Made by a program: the position numbers and the translations under genes
Shown here: one piece after another, positions 11,087 to 22,654 of the stretch
How positions within the stretch are numbered: the stretch's first letter is position 1
Layout of the letters: every line of letters starts with the position of its first letter
Notes under the pieces: model-generated
Database searches by the model: none
What the model saw: only the letters and a program-made list of their open reading frames with translations
What the model was told of the DNA's origin: nothing
NCBI GenBank assembly: GCA_010093995.1
Contig: ML992504.1
Span: forward strand, 1,226,322-1,267,074
Length of the DNA: 40,753 nt
Source: Elsinoe ampelina
Taxonomy: Eukaryota
Direction: 5' to 3'

Positions 11087-12105
11087 CTACCGCCTTTTCC
11101 TCCCCCCTCCCCTCCCCTCATCCCCGTCCCCCAACGCCCCCCTCCCAAACTCCCTCTGCCTCTCCTCCTCCCACCACGTCACCGGCTCAAACAGATAACT
11201 CAACACCACACACCCCCACGTCGCCAACACCTGCCACACCACCACCAGCCACGCCAGCTGCGGGACGAGGAACCGCATGAACTGATCCGTCTGGTACAAA
11301 TCCTCTTGAGAAGCAATGTACCATTTCCCTTCCCCCCTAGCACAAGCGAGAGACGGGTCAAAGGACTGGTCGAGGGAGAGGTCGACCAACGAGCCCTCCC
11401 CCTCCCCTTCCGTTTCGCCGGTACTTTTCTTCTGTCCTTGGTGCGGCAAGGAGGTGGTGCGTCCGTCGCCCGGGGAAGCAGCGCGTCGTTCGAGCCGCAG
11501 CACCGTGACGAGCCTGACGTCCGCTTCGTGGAAAGGAACGGCCCAGATGCCGAAGATCTGTCTGATGCCGACGTACAGGGTGGCCGTCTCCGTCGCGCCT
11601 ACCTGCCGTCCGTGCTCCCCTTCGTCGTGGCCGGTCCCTTGTCCCGTCCTTTCCCCCTCTCCTTGCCCTGCTGCGGCACCATGGAGGTCTCGGTGGGAAA
11701 AAGAGTGTTGGTCAAAAGCCACGCTCTCCACTCTGATGCTGATGCGGGGGGACATGATTTTGTACCACCTGTAGATACGGGAGAGGTGCCATCGCGAGGT
11801 TGGGGAGGGTGGGGTCCGGCAGAAGGGGTGGGTGAATTGGGCTGAGGGGAGGAAGTATTTGTTTATTGTTGCGAGTTGGATTGAGGGGGTGGTGGTGGTG
11901 AGGAGGGAGATGATGGGGGGGATTTCTTTGACTGTTCATTCCGTTAGATATGAGAAGGAAGGGAAAAGAGAGGGGGGAAGGGGTGGGCGGAGATGAAGAG
12001 AGGACGTAGAACAGAGAAATAGGTGGAAGGAATGGAAGATGAGCTGCTAGAGTATCACAGAAGAGGGACTTTAGAGTGGAAGAGAGACGTACCCGGATCA
12101 TCCAT
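11087..12105 (-). CDS. Conserved fungal hypothetical protein, NTF2-like fold family, with a C-terminal hydrophobic segment. Exons 12105-12093 and 11931-11087.
   Basis: A 13-nt first exon ATGGATGATCCGG is followed by a 161-nt intron (GTACGT..CTAAC..CAG). The splice gives MDDPVKEIPPIISLLT..KYFLPSAQFTHPFCRT..IYRWYKIMSPRI..WYIASQEDLYQTDQFMRFL, which I recognise as a widespread ascomycete family. The fold assignment is from memory. Confidence 0.82.
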
Positions 12106-12603
12106 GGTTGTGGTGGCGGTTCGGGACTATAGACTGGCGGATGCTGACGGCGATCGATGGTGGGTTCGACGAGCCTGGAACAATAGTCTGCTATTCCGAC
12201 GATACAATACTCGGACAGCGAGGGTGATCGATTATGGTGACTGGTCAAGTTGAACAATACTCGTTCTGGCAGCTTTTGAGGTTCAAGGTTTCACATCCTG
12301 ACATGTGACGATGACGTTGCTGCATCCTGGTAGGAATTTTGTATGATACGTGGTTGCATCACATTTCTATTGAGTCATTATATTGCTTCATTGCCAAGGA
12401 CAGCAGTATCGCTACTCCGGCCTCTGCGAGTCTTTGGTCGGGCAGCTAGGACGGGAGACTGATGAGTGGATGGCAAGTGTGTCGGCAATCTGAGCAATAT
12501 AGACACGGACTGCTTCGACATATCATCATCTTGGCTCTTCCTTACGAAGACCATAACGATAGTTGATAGAAACGCTTCGTAATCAATCATTTATCATGGG
12601 TAT

Positions 12604-15600
12604 CTAGCCAACAGTATCGCGCCCTGGGCCTCCTCCCCTGCCTCGGCCCAACCCCTCTGCTCTCCTCACAACACTCGCCCGCCACTCATTCCAAGCCTCA
12701 TAATCCTCCTTCCTCTTCCCAACAACCCACGCACTCGTCTCCCTCACCGGCCTCCACTTCAACCTGTCCTTTCCCTGCCTCCTCAAATCCACCATCTCAG
12801 CCCCCACACTCATCTCCAAAAGCTGCCTCATCACATCCCTCGCTTCCCTCTCCAACACCGCCAACCTCTCCCCTTCTTCATTCCTCGCCCTCCCCAACCC
12901 CTGCCCAAGCCAGTCCAGATCTTGCCCTCCGCCCGTACGTTTCGATAAATGCCGCACGATCCCCTTCAGACCCTCAACCTGCACCCTCCTCCACTCCAAC
13001 TCCACCTTCGCTCGTCTCCCCACCACCTCCTCCCCAACATCCCTCTCCCTGCCCTTCCCCTCCTCGACTTTCCTCCTCATCTCATCCCTCTCCTCCCTCA
13101 ACCTCCTGCCTTCCTTCTCCCACCGCTCGACTTCAGAGCGCCACTTCTTCCTCTCCGCCTCCATCTCCACCATCTTCCCCTCTAGCTCCTCCACGCGACC
13201 GGCTCGCTTCTTCGCCTCGTCCATCCGCGCTTCGAGCATCTCGATGCGCAGGCCTTGCTCGTCGAGATCTTTCTCCTTGGTGCGCACGAGGAGGTTGCGC
13301 TCTGAGAGGATCTCGTTGAGGCGGATGATTTCTTTCGAGGCGTCCGAGGAGGCGGCGGCGCTGGCTTTGAGGGTTTGGGAGCGATAGACCCATGGCGGCG
13401 GGGGGAGGAAGAATTCGATGGTGGTGGAGAGGTCGGTGCTCTGGGTGTAGAGGGAGGAGAGGGACTCTGTTAGGGAGGTGAGGCGGGTGTGGAGGGTGGA
13501 GAGGGGGGAAGTTTCGGGTTGTGGGAGGGTGAAGATTCGAGTGGCTGTTTGGGTGAGGATTGGGACGACGGTACGAGGTGAGAGAGATTCGTGGTCGGCA
13601 TTGGCCGTGAGTGATGTGAGTGACTGGCCGGCTGCGTGAGCAAAGCTTGCAATGGTCGCTGCAAGGGTGGTTGAGGACTGGAAGGACGGAAGAGAGTTCG
13701 CAGGGAGAGTCAGATTGCGAGAACTAAGATCTGATAGCTCGCGATGGATTTTGGTGGCGAGGACTTTGGCACTGCGGGTCTGAGATACCAGAGAATCCAC
13801 TCGCTCGAAGAAGGGACCAAAGCTGGGTTGAGGTGCATTTCCGTCTTCGGAAGCAGAGTCATCATGGTTGACCCCGTTTGTCTGCGGAGATGACGCAGAG
13901 CGTGCTTCGACGAAAGACTTGCATAGGCCCAATGCCATAGCAGTATTCTCCAAATGAGTCTGCAGCAGTGTTGTCTGCATCAGAATCTCATCCGCAACAG
14001 CTGCAGGCGAATCCTGAAGCAGAGTTGACGCAAGATGTGTCATGACCGCGATTGACCTCTCGACTTCTTCATTAATCCTCTTGAGCTGGAGGTCCTCGTT
14101 CTTGAACATCTCAACATAGTTGTTGAGACCTCGTTCGACTGGCTCGAGCTCGTAAAGTGCTCCTTCAAACTTGTTGAAGTCATCTGCAGCACAAGCATTG
14201 ATAGCTTTGACGAATCGTGTGCTCATGGCTTGCACCCACGCTAATCGATCCAATGCACTGCAGCCTGGGAAGAGGTCATCACCGACCTGCTCGGACACGC
14301 GCTCTTTGATCAGCCCATGAAGCAGATCGGCCTTGAATGCGATCCTCTTGAATCGTAGAAGAGCAAGGACTGAGTCACGGTCTGCTTGGTACGACTCTGG
14401 TAAGAACAATCGGACGATAGCAAGATGTTGAGCTGCCTCTTCTGCTTCCAGACGCTGCAGCTCGAGGTCGAGCGTTTTGATCTGCGTCTTCGCCGCTGAT
14501 GATTGTAGCTTCATATTCAGATCCATCAAAGCCTTGGACTTGCTGTTCAGGTCTTCCGCTTCGGTATCTGTGATCTGCTTGGACGCTCGCATGTCTTCGA
14601 GATCCGCTTGCAAGCTCCGAAAGGCCTCCCTGAACCTGGCCACCGTCATTTCGTAATCGTCAATGGCTTTCTGCTGCTCTTGTGATCGTCGTAGCTGCTC
14701 TCCAATGATCGAGTCCTTGAAGTCAATCTCTTCCTGCATCTGCTTTTCTGCTTCTATGTGGTTGACCTCCAATTCGTCGCTAAGCTCTCTGAGATTTTCG
14801 AGATCCTCGACAGTTGCATTGAGATCCTCGATTCGTTCCTGGAGTGTCATGTTGCGTTCAGTCAATTCCTCCAACATCTCCTCTCCACCTTGGGCAAGCT
14901 CGAGTTGCTGTTTGAGATCTCCGATTGCCGCCTCACTCTCTAGCAGCTTGACCTTCAGGTCGTCCGCTTCTTCGTTGATACCGGAGAATTGCTCGAGATC
15001 CTTCTCCAGTCCAACAATCTGCTGTTTGAGCTCGGCTTCCTGCTCCTGAGTGACGTCTCGCAGTCGAATGAGAGCTTCTCGATAACGCTCGTTTGATCTC
15101 TCCAACTGAAGCCACCCCTGACTCGTTCGCTCTTCGGGACTCATCTCCTGTCCTAGTTCCTGGTTCTCCTCTCTGAGCACTTCGACCTCCAGCTCCATCT
15201 CCTCGTACTTCTCCCGCAGTGCAGCTAGCTCCGCCTTTGCAGTCTCGTATTGCTCCTCAGCCATCTCTCGGTCCAGCGTAGCATTCTCCAACTCTGCATC
15301 GTGGTCGGCCTGAATGTTCTCAATGTCCGCGAAACGCTCCTCAGATTCCTTAATCTGCTTCTTGAGATCTGCTAGCTCCTGCTGTTGTGGTTGGTATTTC
15401 TGCTGAAGTTTCTGGATGATCGACTCGAAGCGATCACGCTCTTGCTGTATGCGTTCCAGAGTTCTCAGCTTCTCTCGATCTTCGAGTCGACGCTTCTCCA
15501 GTACTCTGAGCTTTGTTTGCAGGTCTTCAATCTCCCGACTTGAATTTGCAGCCGTTCTGCCTTGTCCGGGACGCACCGAGGCAGAACTCATGGTTGGTGA

Positions 15601-16601
15601 GAGACTTTGCATAGATGGCGTACGACTTGGACCAGTAGTCTGCGATGGAGCAGTCCGTACAGCTCGCGGTGTGGCATCTACGTCCTCCTTCGCGGGTGTT
15701 TCCTGGCCTTCTTCCTCGTCCTCTTCCTCGACAGGTCCTTCTGAGGGTGCTCTGTTGTCCGAGCCAGGACTGAGTACAGGTGATCTGCCATCGCTGCTGA
15801 GTTCTCTATCTTCGGTACTAGCCCTGCTTGTAGTGGTTGTTTGCGAATGTGTGCTTAATCTCTGACCAGGTGTGATTCGTGCCCCTCGGGTAGCGGTGGT
15901 CGTACCTCTCGACGGAAGACCTCGCAAACCCGGTCCACCTATTGAAGGTCGCGCGCTTGATCTTGCGGAAACGGCAGCAGGTACTGTTGATGTGCGTCTA
16001 CCAGCTGCAGATGCAGAAGGCGCGAGGCTCGTCCTCGATTTAGCGGCCGTCGATGCGCCGCGAACTACAGACGGTGTGCTAGTCCTCGATGAGCCTGAAC
16101 TCCCAGCCGTTCCTAATTGCTTTGTAGGGCTTGTAAGGGGAGACTGATACTGTCAGCAGTTGTTGCCAATGCTACAAGTTGTTGCCATACCTTCAAACTA
16201 CTCATCCTCCCCACCGAGGCTCTTGCAGGAGTCGGACTGGCCACGGAGCTTTCCCTGGTCCTGCCATTGACTGCTGTTGGTCTTGTCTTCCCGGGTAATC
16301 CAACTGTGCTAGTTCTGCTCTTAGCTGCCGCGCCATTGGCCAAGGAGGCTCTTGACGTCGATTTCGCCGTATCCAGGACCTTGCCGATGCCTGTCGATCT
16401 GAGGAACATTCCATGCTTGTCTTCACAGTCGAAGTAACGATCGCCTTGTACCGAACCATCGTTCTTGCCCGAGGCTTCCTCCAACTCGACTCCAATCCAT
16501 TCTCCGGGAGCGAATGCTGTTGCGCCTTTGAAGCGGATGATTGCTGTTCGGCCATCGTTGAGCTGGACTTTTTGACCGACTGAGGGATTGAGGTTGCTCA
16601 T
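12604..16601 (-). CDS. nudM: Dynactin p150Glued subunit (NudM/Ro-3/DCTN1 orthologue), about 1316 aa. Exons 16601-16191 and 16143-12604.
   Basis: The N-terminal CAP-Gly domain (FAPGEWIGVELEEASGKNDGSVQGDRYF) is spliced via a 47-nt intron in frame to ORF 12604-15927. That ORF has a long coiled coil (ATLDREMAEE, LERSNERYREALIRLRD) and a dynactin domain. Confidence 0.95.
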
Positions 16602-16840
16602 TTCCTCATCGCTGGGGATCTGTTCTCGGAACTCCACTGACTGGTATGAGCACTGTCCGTCACCAGGTACGAAGGTTGGAGATGCTGTGGGCGCATGTGT
16701 TGGTGGGATGCTTCAAAGTGCGGAGTGAAGTTTGATGGAGATGCTTCAGGCGCGTCGCGTTTCAACATCATTTCCATCCTTGTCATTGGGAACTTCAAAC
16801 ACATCGTCAAGTCATCATGAATTTTGATATGTACAGCCGT

Positions 16841-18264
16841 CTAGTGCGCCACCACAACCTGCTCTGGTTTGGTCCTACCCAAGCCATCCTTACCATAATA
16901 ATCCATTGGGTATCTCGCTTCCTTACATCCCTTTGCGCCTGAACATGATGATCCTCCTCCAGGCGCAGCTTCACCTTTCTTGTCGCATTGGCAAGCATCC
17001 CAGCTCTCCCGGACACCAAGAGTGACCAATGCCTCGTAGGGGGTCAATAACGGTCGTGGAAAGGCGTAACCCCAGTCTATGCTCAAACGAGGACAAGCGA
17101 CCTGGACCCAACATTCGACATCCGGCATCATTGCCAGCTTACCAGGGAATACCTCGCTCAGCAACAAGTTGACCCAAGGTATGCCCTTTGCCTTGAGCTG
17201 CTCTTCAATCATGGCCATGGTATGTGGATTACCCTGCCTCCCCAGAGAACCCAGAATCAATCCCCATTTCTTTGCCTTTCGTGCCGTTTGGATAGCATCC
17301 TTCCGGAGAGACAACATTTCGTCGTGCTCATATGTTTCGTGGGTGAGTCTTTGCGAATATGGATCGTACCTGTATGCTGGGACTTCCGGGTTGTGGATCA
17401 TAGCGCTTTCGAGATGGAATCGGCCGTCGCCAAGATATAATATCAAGTCAACCTTGTCCTTCTCTGATAGATGCGGGCTTGTACATCCGAGGATTTCGCC
17501 CTTGCTCAAAGGAGTGATTTGTGGGATGACAATATCATAGCCAGCATCTCGTAATTGTGGTGCCGTGCCGTGAATGGTGGCGTTGAATTGAATAGTACCA
17601 ACTATAGCTATCCGGGATCCAGGTCGAAAGTTCCGCTCGATAGTGGCGATGAGATGTGCCACGTCTATGCTAATGTCCACAAAGACATATAGAGTCTGAA
17701 TCTGGGTCACATTGACGGGAATGAGGCAGCTGTGAGCGTAGTGTACGAGAATGTCGCAGCCCAAGGCCCGTGCGGTGTAGTCGTCGATGCAACATGCGCC
17801 GTAGGTGACGTCGCCCATGATAAGAGTGCTGATTTCATTGCAGAAGCTGCAAAGGATGTCCGAGATGGTCGTAGAGAACAGGAGAAGACCTTCAGGAAAT
17901 TGTAAAGCCACCGTCTTGGCTCCACTTGTTCGTATTCGGTGGATGGTCTTGTGAATTTCGAAATTGTAATTTGGTGGCAACAGAGCGATAGCGTCGTTTA
18001 TATCCTTATCGTTTAGTATCTCGGGCGGGACCTGATTCAGTGCTCGTGCCGTCCTCCGTGTAGGCGCGACTATTGACTTTGGTCAGATACCAATGATAGA
18101 AGAAGTATAGCATGCGATGTACCTTGCACGGCCTTGCTATCCTCAATACCTCCTACACCATCTGCCGCAGCAGCGCGCCGGCCTATAAATCGACGCTTCG
18201 GCTTCTTGACGGGGACTTCGGGTACATCAGCGCCCAGATTGGCAGTTTCGCGATCTTCCTCCAT
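16841..18264 (-). CDS. DPH1: 2-(3-amino-3-carboxypropyl)histidine synthase subunit 1 (diphthamide biosynthesis). Exons 18264-18123 and 18069-16841.
   Basis: Motifs [71 protein letters not shown] 53-nt intron lies at 18070-18122. Confidence 0.96.
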
Positions 18265-19026
18265 TTATGTGTGTTTCGCGATGTGCACAAGTGATGCGAT
18301 TCCTTTCAAAAATTCCAGACCCCGCTATTCAGCCCCGGAGCGGGCCGCCTCCACAGCTTCCCGAGTCAAGGGCACGCGGAGAGCAGACTCGAAGAGCTTC
18401 AGGGACCTCGAGCTCCCCCCACGCCCTGGGGGTTTTCCACCTCCACCAGACTCATATCTGCCGTGCTGTCCAACCACCAGATACCGGGTGATCCCACTAT
18501 GGAATATCAACCCTATTTCAGCCGCGGTCACGCACGAACGAGCTACAGAGATGGACATCGAGTGGCAGGTTTGACGACGTACTTGACCTGTATACCAACC
18601 ATCCGATGGTGCCATGCTGAACAAGCTGCTGGATACGATTCATTTATTCTCTGATCAAAACCCTTCCAACACCTGCATATGGTTCTCATCCCCACAACAG
18701 GCAGGGCACAGGCCCTCAGCACGAAGGCTCGCCTCCCCGGTCCAAACGCCGCTGATGGACTTGCTCCGCTAAACTTTGTCCAAATTCAGTGCCGTTGCGA
18801 GGCCCTTGTCTATGCAACCAGATCCTAGCCCGCCGGATTAACCCCTCCACCACTTCGATCTCCCCGCAAGACGATCCCCACGCGAGACCTCGACGGCCTC
18901 CGCGGTCCAAACTTCCATTCTGTCTGTTCCTTTGCGCCTCTCTTGACCAGCTATGTAAGTCGGGTCGCCCAGTTCCTTGTAGCACCTCTACTTCTTTCTT
19001 TGCCCTCCACCTCCTAGCCAGCCGTA

Positions 19027-20989
19027 ATGTCTGCCGTACCCAACGTTCCAGTCGCAGTCCATGACGTACAAGACTCAGCCTCGAATGCGATCAAACAGGA
19101 AATGCAGAATGGTGCCGGCACGACAAATGGGAACCTCACAAATGGACACACATCTCAAACGATCGGGCTAGATTCACAGTTCGAGCTTCTCGACACCGTC
19201 GTGGAGAACTTTCGGCCGATCAAGGTCATAGTCATTGGCGCGGGGTACAGTGGGATATATTGCGGTATAAGGATACCGGAGAGGTTGAAGAACTGCGAGC
19301 TTGTGATATACGACAAGAATGCTGGAATAGGAGGGACATGGTATGAAAACAGATATCCTGGCTGTGCTTGCGATATTCCTTGTAAGAACCTTCCCATTAC
19401 TGAGAGTCACCATCTGACATTCTCCAGCCCACTCTTACCAATACTCCTTCAACCCAAACCCAAACTGGTCAGCATTATATGCCCCAGCCCGTGAGATCCA
19501 GCAGTATCTCGAATCCACAGCTAAAAAGTTCTCGGTCGATCGCTTCGTCAAGCTTCAGCATGAGATTCTGGCCTGTCACTTCAATCAAGATGAGGGAAAA
19601 TGGCATGTACGGATACGCAAGCCAGATGGGGATGAGTTCGAGGACACTTCGGATGTGCTGATCTCAGCAAGAGGAGGCCTCAATCATATCGCATGGCCAC
19701 AGATCGACGGTCTCCGGTCTTTCAGAGGCGAGATCATGCACTCTGCTGCGTGGAACGAGTCCTACGACTTCGTTAACAAGCGGGTAGGCGTGATCGGTGC
19801 TGGCAGCTCAGCTATCCAGATTATCCCCAACGTGCGGAAGATTGAGGGAACTCAGCTGTCATGCTTCATTCGGGGCCGCACGTGGATCTCGCCTCCATTC
19901 GGGCAGGGTATCCAAGATGCACTAGGCATGACATCCTTCACCTTCACCGAAGAGCAGAAGCGAAAGTTCCGAGATGATCCAGAACACTTCTTCAAGTTCC
20001 GCCACATGATTGAAAACGATACCAACGCGATCCACGCAGTCACCATTCTCGGTACCGAAATGCAAAAAGGTGCTCGAGAAACTTTCGAGCAAAGCATGAA
20101 AGACCGACTCAGTAAAAGACCTGACATCTTGGACAAGATCAAACCCAGCTTCGCCCCTGGTTGCCGTCGTCTGACCCCCGGCCCCGGCTTCCTCGAAGCC
20201 CTGCAAGAAGACAACGTCAACTTCATCAACGACGAAATCTCCCACATCGAAGAGCGCGGCATCGTGACCAAAGATGGAAAGCTACACGAAATCGACGCCT
20301 TAGTCTGTACGTTCCTCCCCCACCCCATCCCCTTCCCTCCCTCCCTCCCACTGACCCTTCCCCTAGGCGCAACAGGCTTCCACACCTCCACCGCCCCACC
20401 CTTCCCCGTCACCGGCCTCTCCTCCCTCCCCCTCTCCTCCCACTGGTCCCGCCGCGCAGAAAACTACCTCTCGCTCGCCACCGACTCCTTCCCCAACTTC
20501 TTCATGATGCTCGGCCCCAACGCCGCCATCGGCTCGGGCTCCCTCACCATGATGATCGAATGCGTCGGCGACTACATCTTTAAATGCATCCGCAAACTCC
20601 AGAAAGAAAACGTCAAATCCATGACCGTCAAACCGCAGCGCGTCAAGGACTTCATCGCATACGCGGACGCTTATTTCGCCAAGACCGTCTTCGCGGACGA
20701 GTGCAGGTCGTGGTACAAGACGGGGGACAAGGTCACGGGACTCTGGCCAGGGAGCACGTTGCATTGTATAGAGGCGTTGAGGAGTCCGAGGTGGGAGGAT
20801 TGGGAGTATGAGTATAGGGATGAGGCACAGGGGAATGGGATGGCTTGGTTGGGGAATGGGTGGAGTTGGTGTCAGAGGGAGGAGGGGGCGGATATGGCGT
20901 ATTATTTGCTGGATGAGTTTATGGATGTGCCGAAGAGTCCGTTGCCGGAGAAGAAGGAGATTTATAGGTTGAGGCCGTTTTCGCACTAA
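19027..20989 (+). CDS. Type I Baeyer-Villiger (FAD/NADPH) monooxygenase. Introns 19382-19427 and 20307-20366.
   Basis: VIVIGAGYSG, GGTWYENRYPGCACDIP|SHSY, BVMO fingerprint FRGEIMHSAAW, second Rossmann motif VGVIGAGSSAIQ, GCRRLTPG. DALVC|ATGF is restored by removing the 60-nt intron. Confidence 0.93.
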
Positions 20990-21217
20990 TAGAAGGTGGG
21001 TTGGGCAGGGGGGCAGTGTCTGTGTGGGCAGGGAGGCGTGGTAACTGCTGTATAGCTTGTTGATAATCTTCCAATCTCACTTCTGACTGCAGGAATAGCT
21101 GTCAGTGCTGGGTCGTCATCTGTGAAGACGCTGAATGCTACTCCGGAACTGTTCACAGAATCAATTCTTCGCTTCTATGAACCATACCGTCCCATTCTCT
21201 CTACTCCACCACTATAT

Positions 21218-22084
21218 CTACAAAGTATCCTTGAGCAGCTTGTTCATCTTCGCCATCTTGCTCGCAACACTCAAGTCAATAGTCCTATCCCCAACCTCGA
21301 CGATCAAACCACCACGGATCTCAGGGTTGACCTACGACTCGTTAGCATCTCTCTCCAACAACTCTTCCCCCAATCCAAATGACTGGACCAAGAGACATGA
21401 CGGAAAAAGTAACCCACCTTAGGCACAACCTTCAACTTCTTCCCCTGCCCAACAAACTGACTCTTCCCCACCGCCGTCTCCAACTGCCTCACGACCTTCG
21501 CATCCAACGGCGCCGCCGACGTGATCGTCAACTCCACCTCCCCCCTGTGCGCCCCCATGAGCGTGCCAAACTTCTCCGCGACACCCTCGAGCACACCCAG
21601 GCGGTTATTCTCCGCGAGCGTCGCCAAGAAGTTCTTGACGGTGGAGTTGTTGGTCGCACCGATGGTCTTGACGAGCTCGTTGACGATGCTGGTCTTGTCG
21701 GCGGCGGAGAGCGAGGGCGCGGTCAGGATCTGCTGCAGTTTGGCGTCGGATTTGAGCGTCGCCGAGGCGGTTTCGAGGACTTTGCTCACGGCGTCGAGGT
21801 CGCCGGTTTTGGCCGAGGCGGTGTACTGGGTTGTTAGCTTGTGGGAGGGTGGGACCGGGGAAAGCAATGGCATTGGAAAGGAAGGGGGAGTGCCATTGAG
21901 CTGGACAGGGACGTACGAGGGCGCTGGCGTAGGTGCCATCGATGCCGAAGAGTGGGACGGGGGGCTTGGTGTTGGCCTGGCTGGCGGGCGCGGCGTAGAA
22001 GCGGGTTGCGATCGATGGGGTGTATGCGGGTCTCGCGATGGTGGCGGAGCGAGCTGCGCGGGCAGCTACACGGCTCGACAGCAT
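21218..22084 (-). CDS. ATP5: Mitochondrial ATP synthase subunit 5 (OSCP). Exons 22084-21917, 21825-21418 and 21331-21218.
   Basis: Arg/Ala/Ser-rich presequence, then KPPVPLFGIDGTYASAL|YTASAK, NFLATLAENNRLG, VPK|VNPEIRGGLIVEVGDRTIDLSVASKMAKMNKLLKDTL*. Confidence 0.96.
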
Positions 22085-22176
22085 TGTGGCGGTCAATTGA
22101 GGTTTTGGTGGCTGTTTCGTGGTGCTGGATGATGTTGCGATGGGTTGAAGATTGAGATGTGGTCCGTGCTCGAAAA

Positions 22177-22184
22177 GTCACGTG
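22177..22184 (+). promoter_or_regulatory. Cbf1-type E-box GTCACGTG about 90 nt upstream of the ATP5 start codon
   Basis: Exact RTCACGTG in the ATP5 proximal promoter. It is a single short motif, so a chance match is possible. Confidence 0.4.
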
Positions 22185-22654
22185 CGAGGAGGACTTCCGG
22201 AATCTTCCTACTATGCTGTTCATCACCATTCGAGCTCGAACTCTGGTGTACAAATATGATCGTGTGAAAAGCAATTATGATCAATCATCCGTTGACAACG
22301 AGAAGTACCAGAATGCGGCAGGCAAATCTCAGTCCAGGGGAATAGCAGGACATCCTGGTAGTTTTTGCAGACAATTGCTAGGACTCAATGGCAGGAGGCG
22401 TTCTGAGCCTGGATCGTCGGATGTTCTGGTAGTTTCTACAGAAAGGTACTACCAGACTTGGAGTCAGCAAAGACCAGTCACGGCAAGTCACAAAGCAATG
22501 AACACATCAGTGAAGTCGACTTTTCATTTCGCTATTATACACAGATCCTGCCCCGGCGGTGCCTACCACCCTCCCATTGCGCCGGGGCAGGCGGACACAC
22601 CAGCAAAAACGACCGCCACGACCACCCTCCCCTCCCCTCCCCACTCCCCACTCT

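Noticed and set aside
11306..11845. + strand ORFs 11306-11845 and 11316-11774 (one with CPWC)
   Set aside because: They overlap the better supported spliced minus-strand NTF2-like gene.
12620..13690. C-rich and G-rich arms as true inverted repeats, hairpins or MITEs
   Set aside because: The arms are complementary in composition only. I found no alignable inverted repeat or TSD, and they encode unrelated continuous protein sequence.
19027..20989. BVMO as part of a secondary-metabolite cluster
   Set aside because: It is flanked by DPH1 and ATP5; there is no PKS, NRPS, terpene synthase, cluster TF or transporter in the window.
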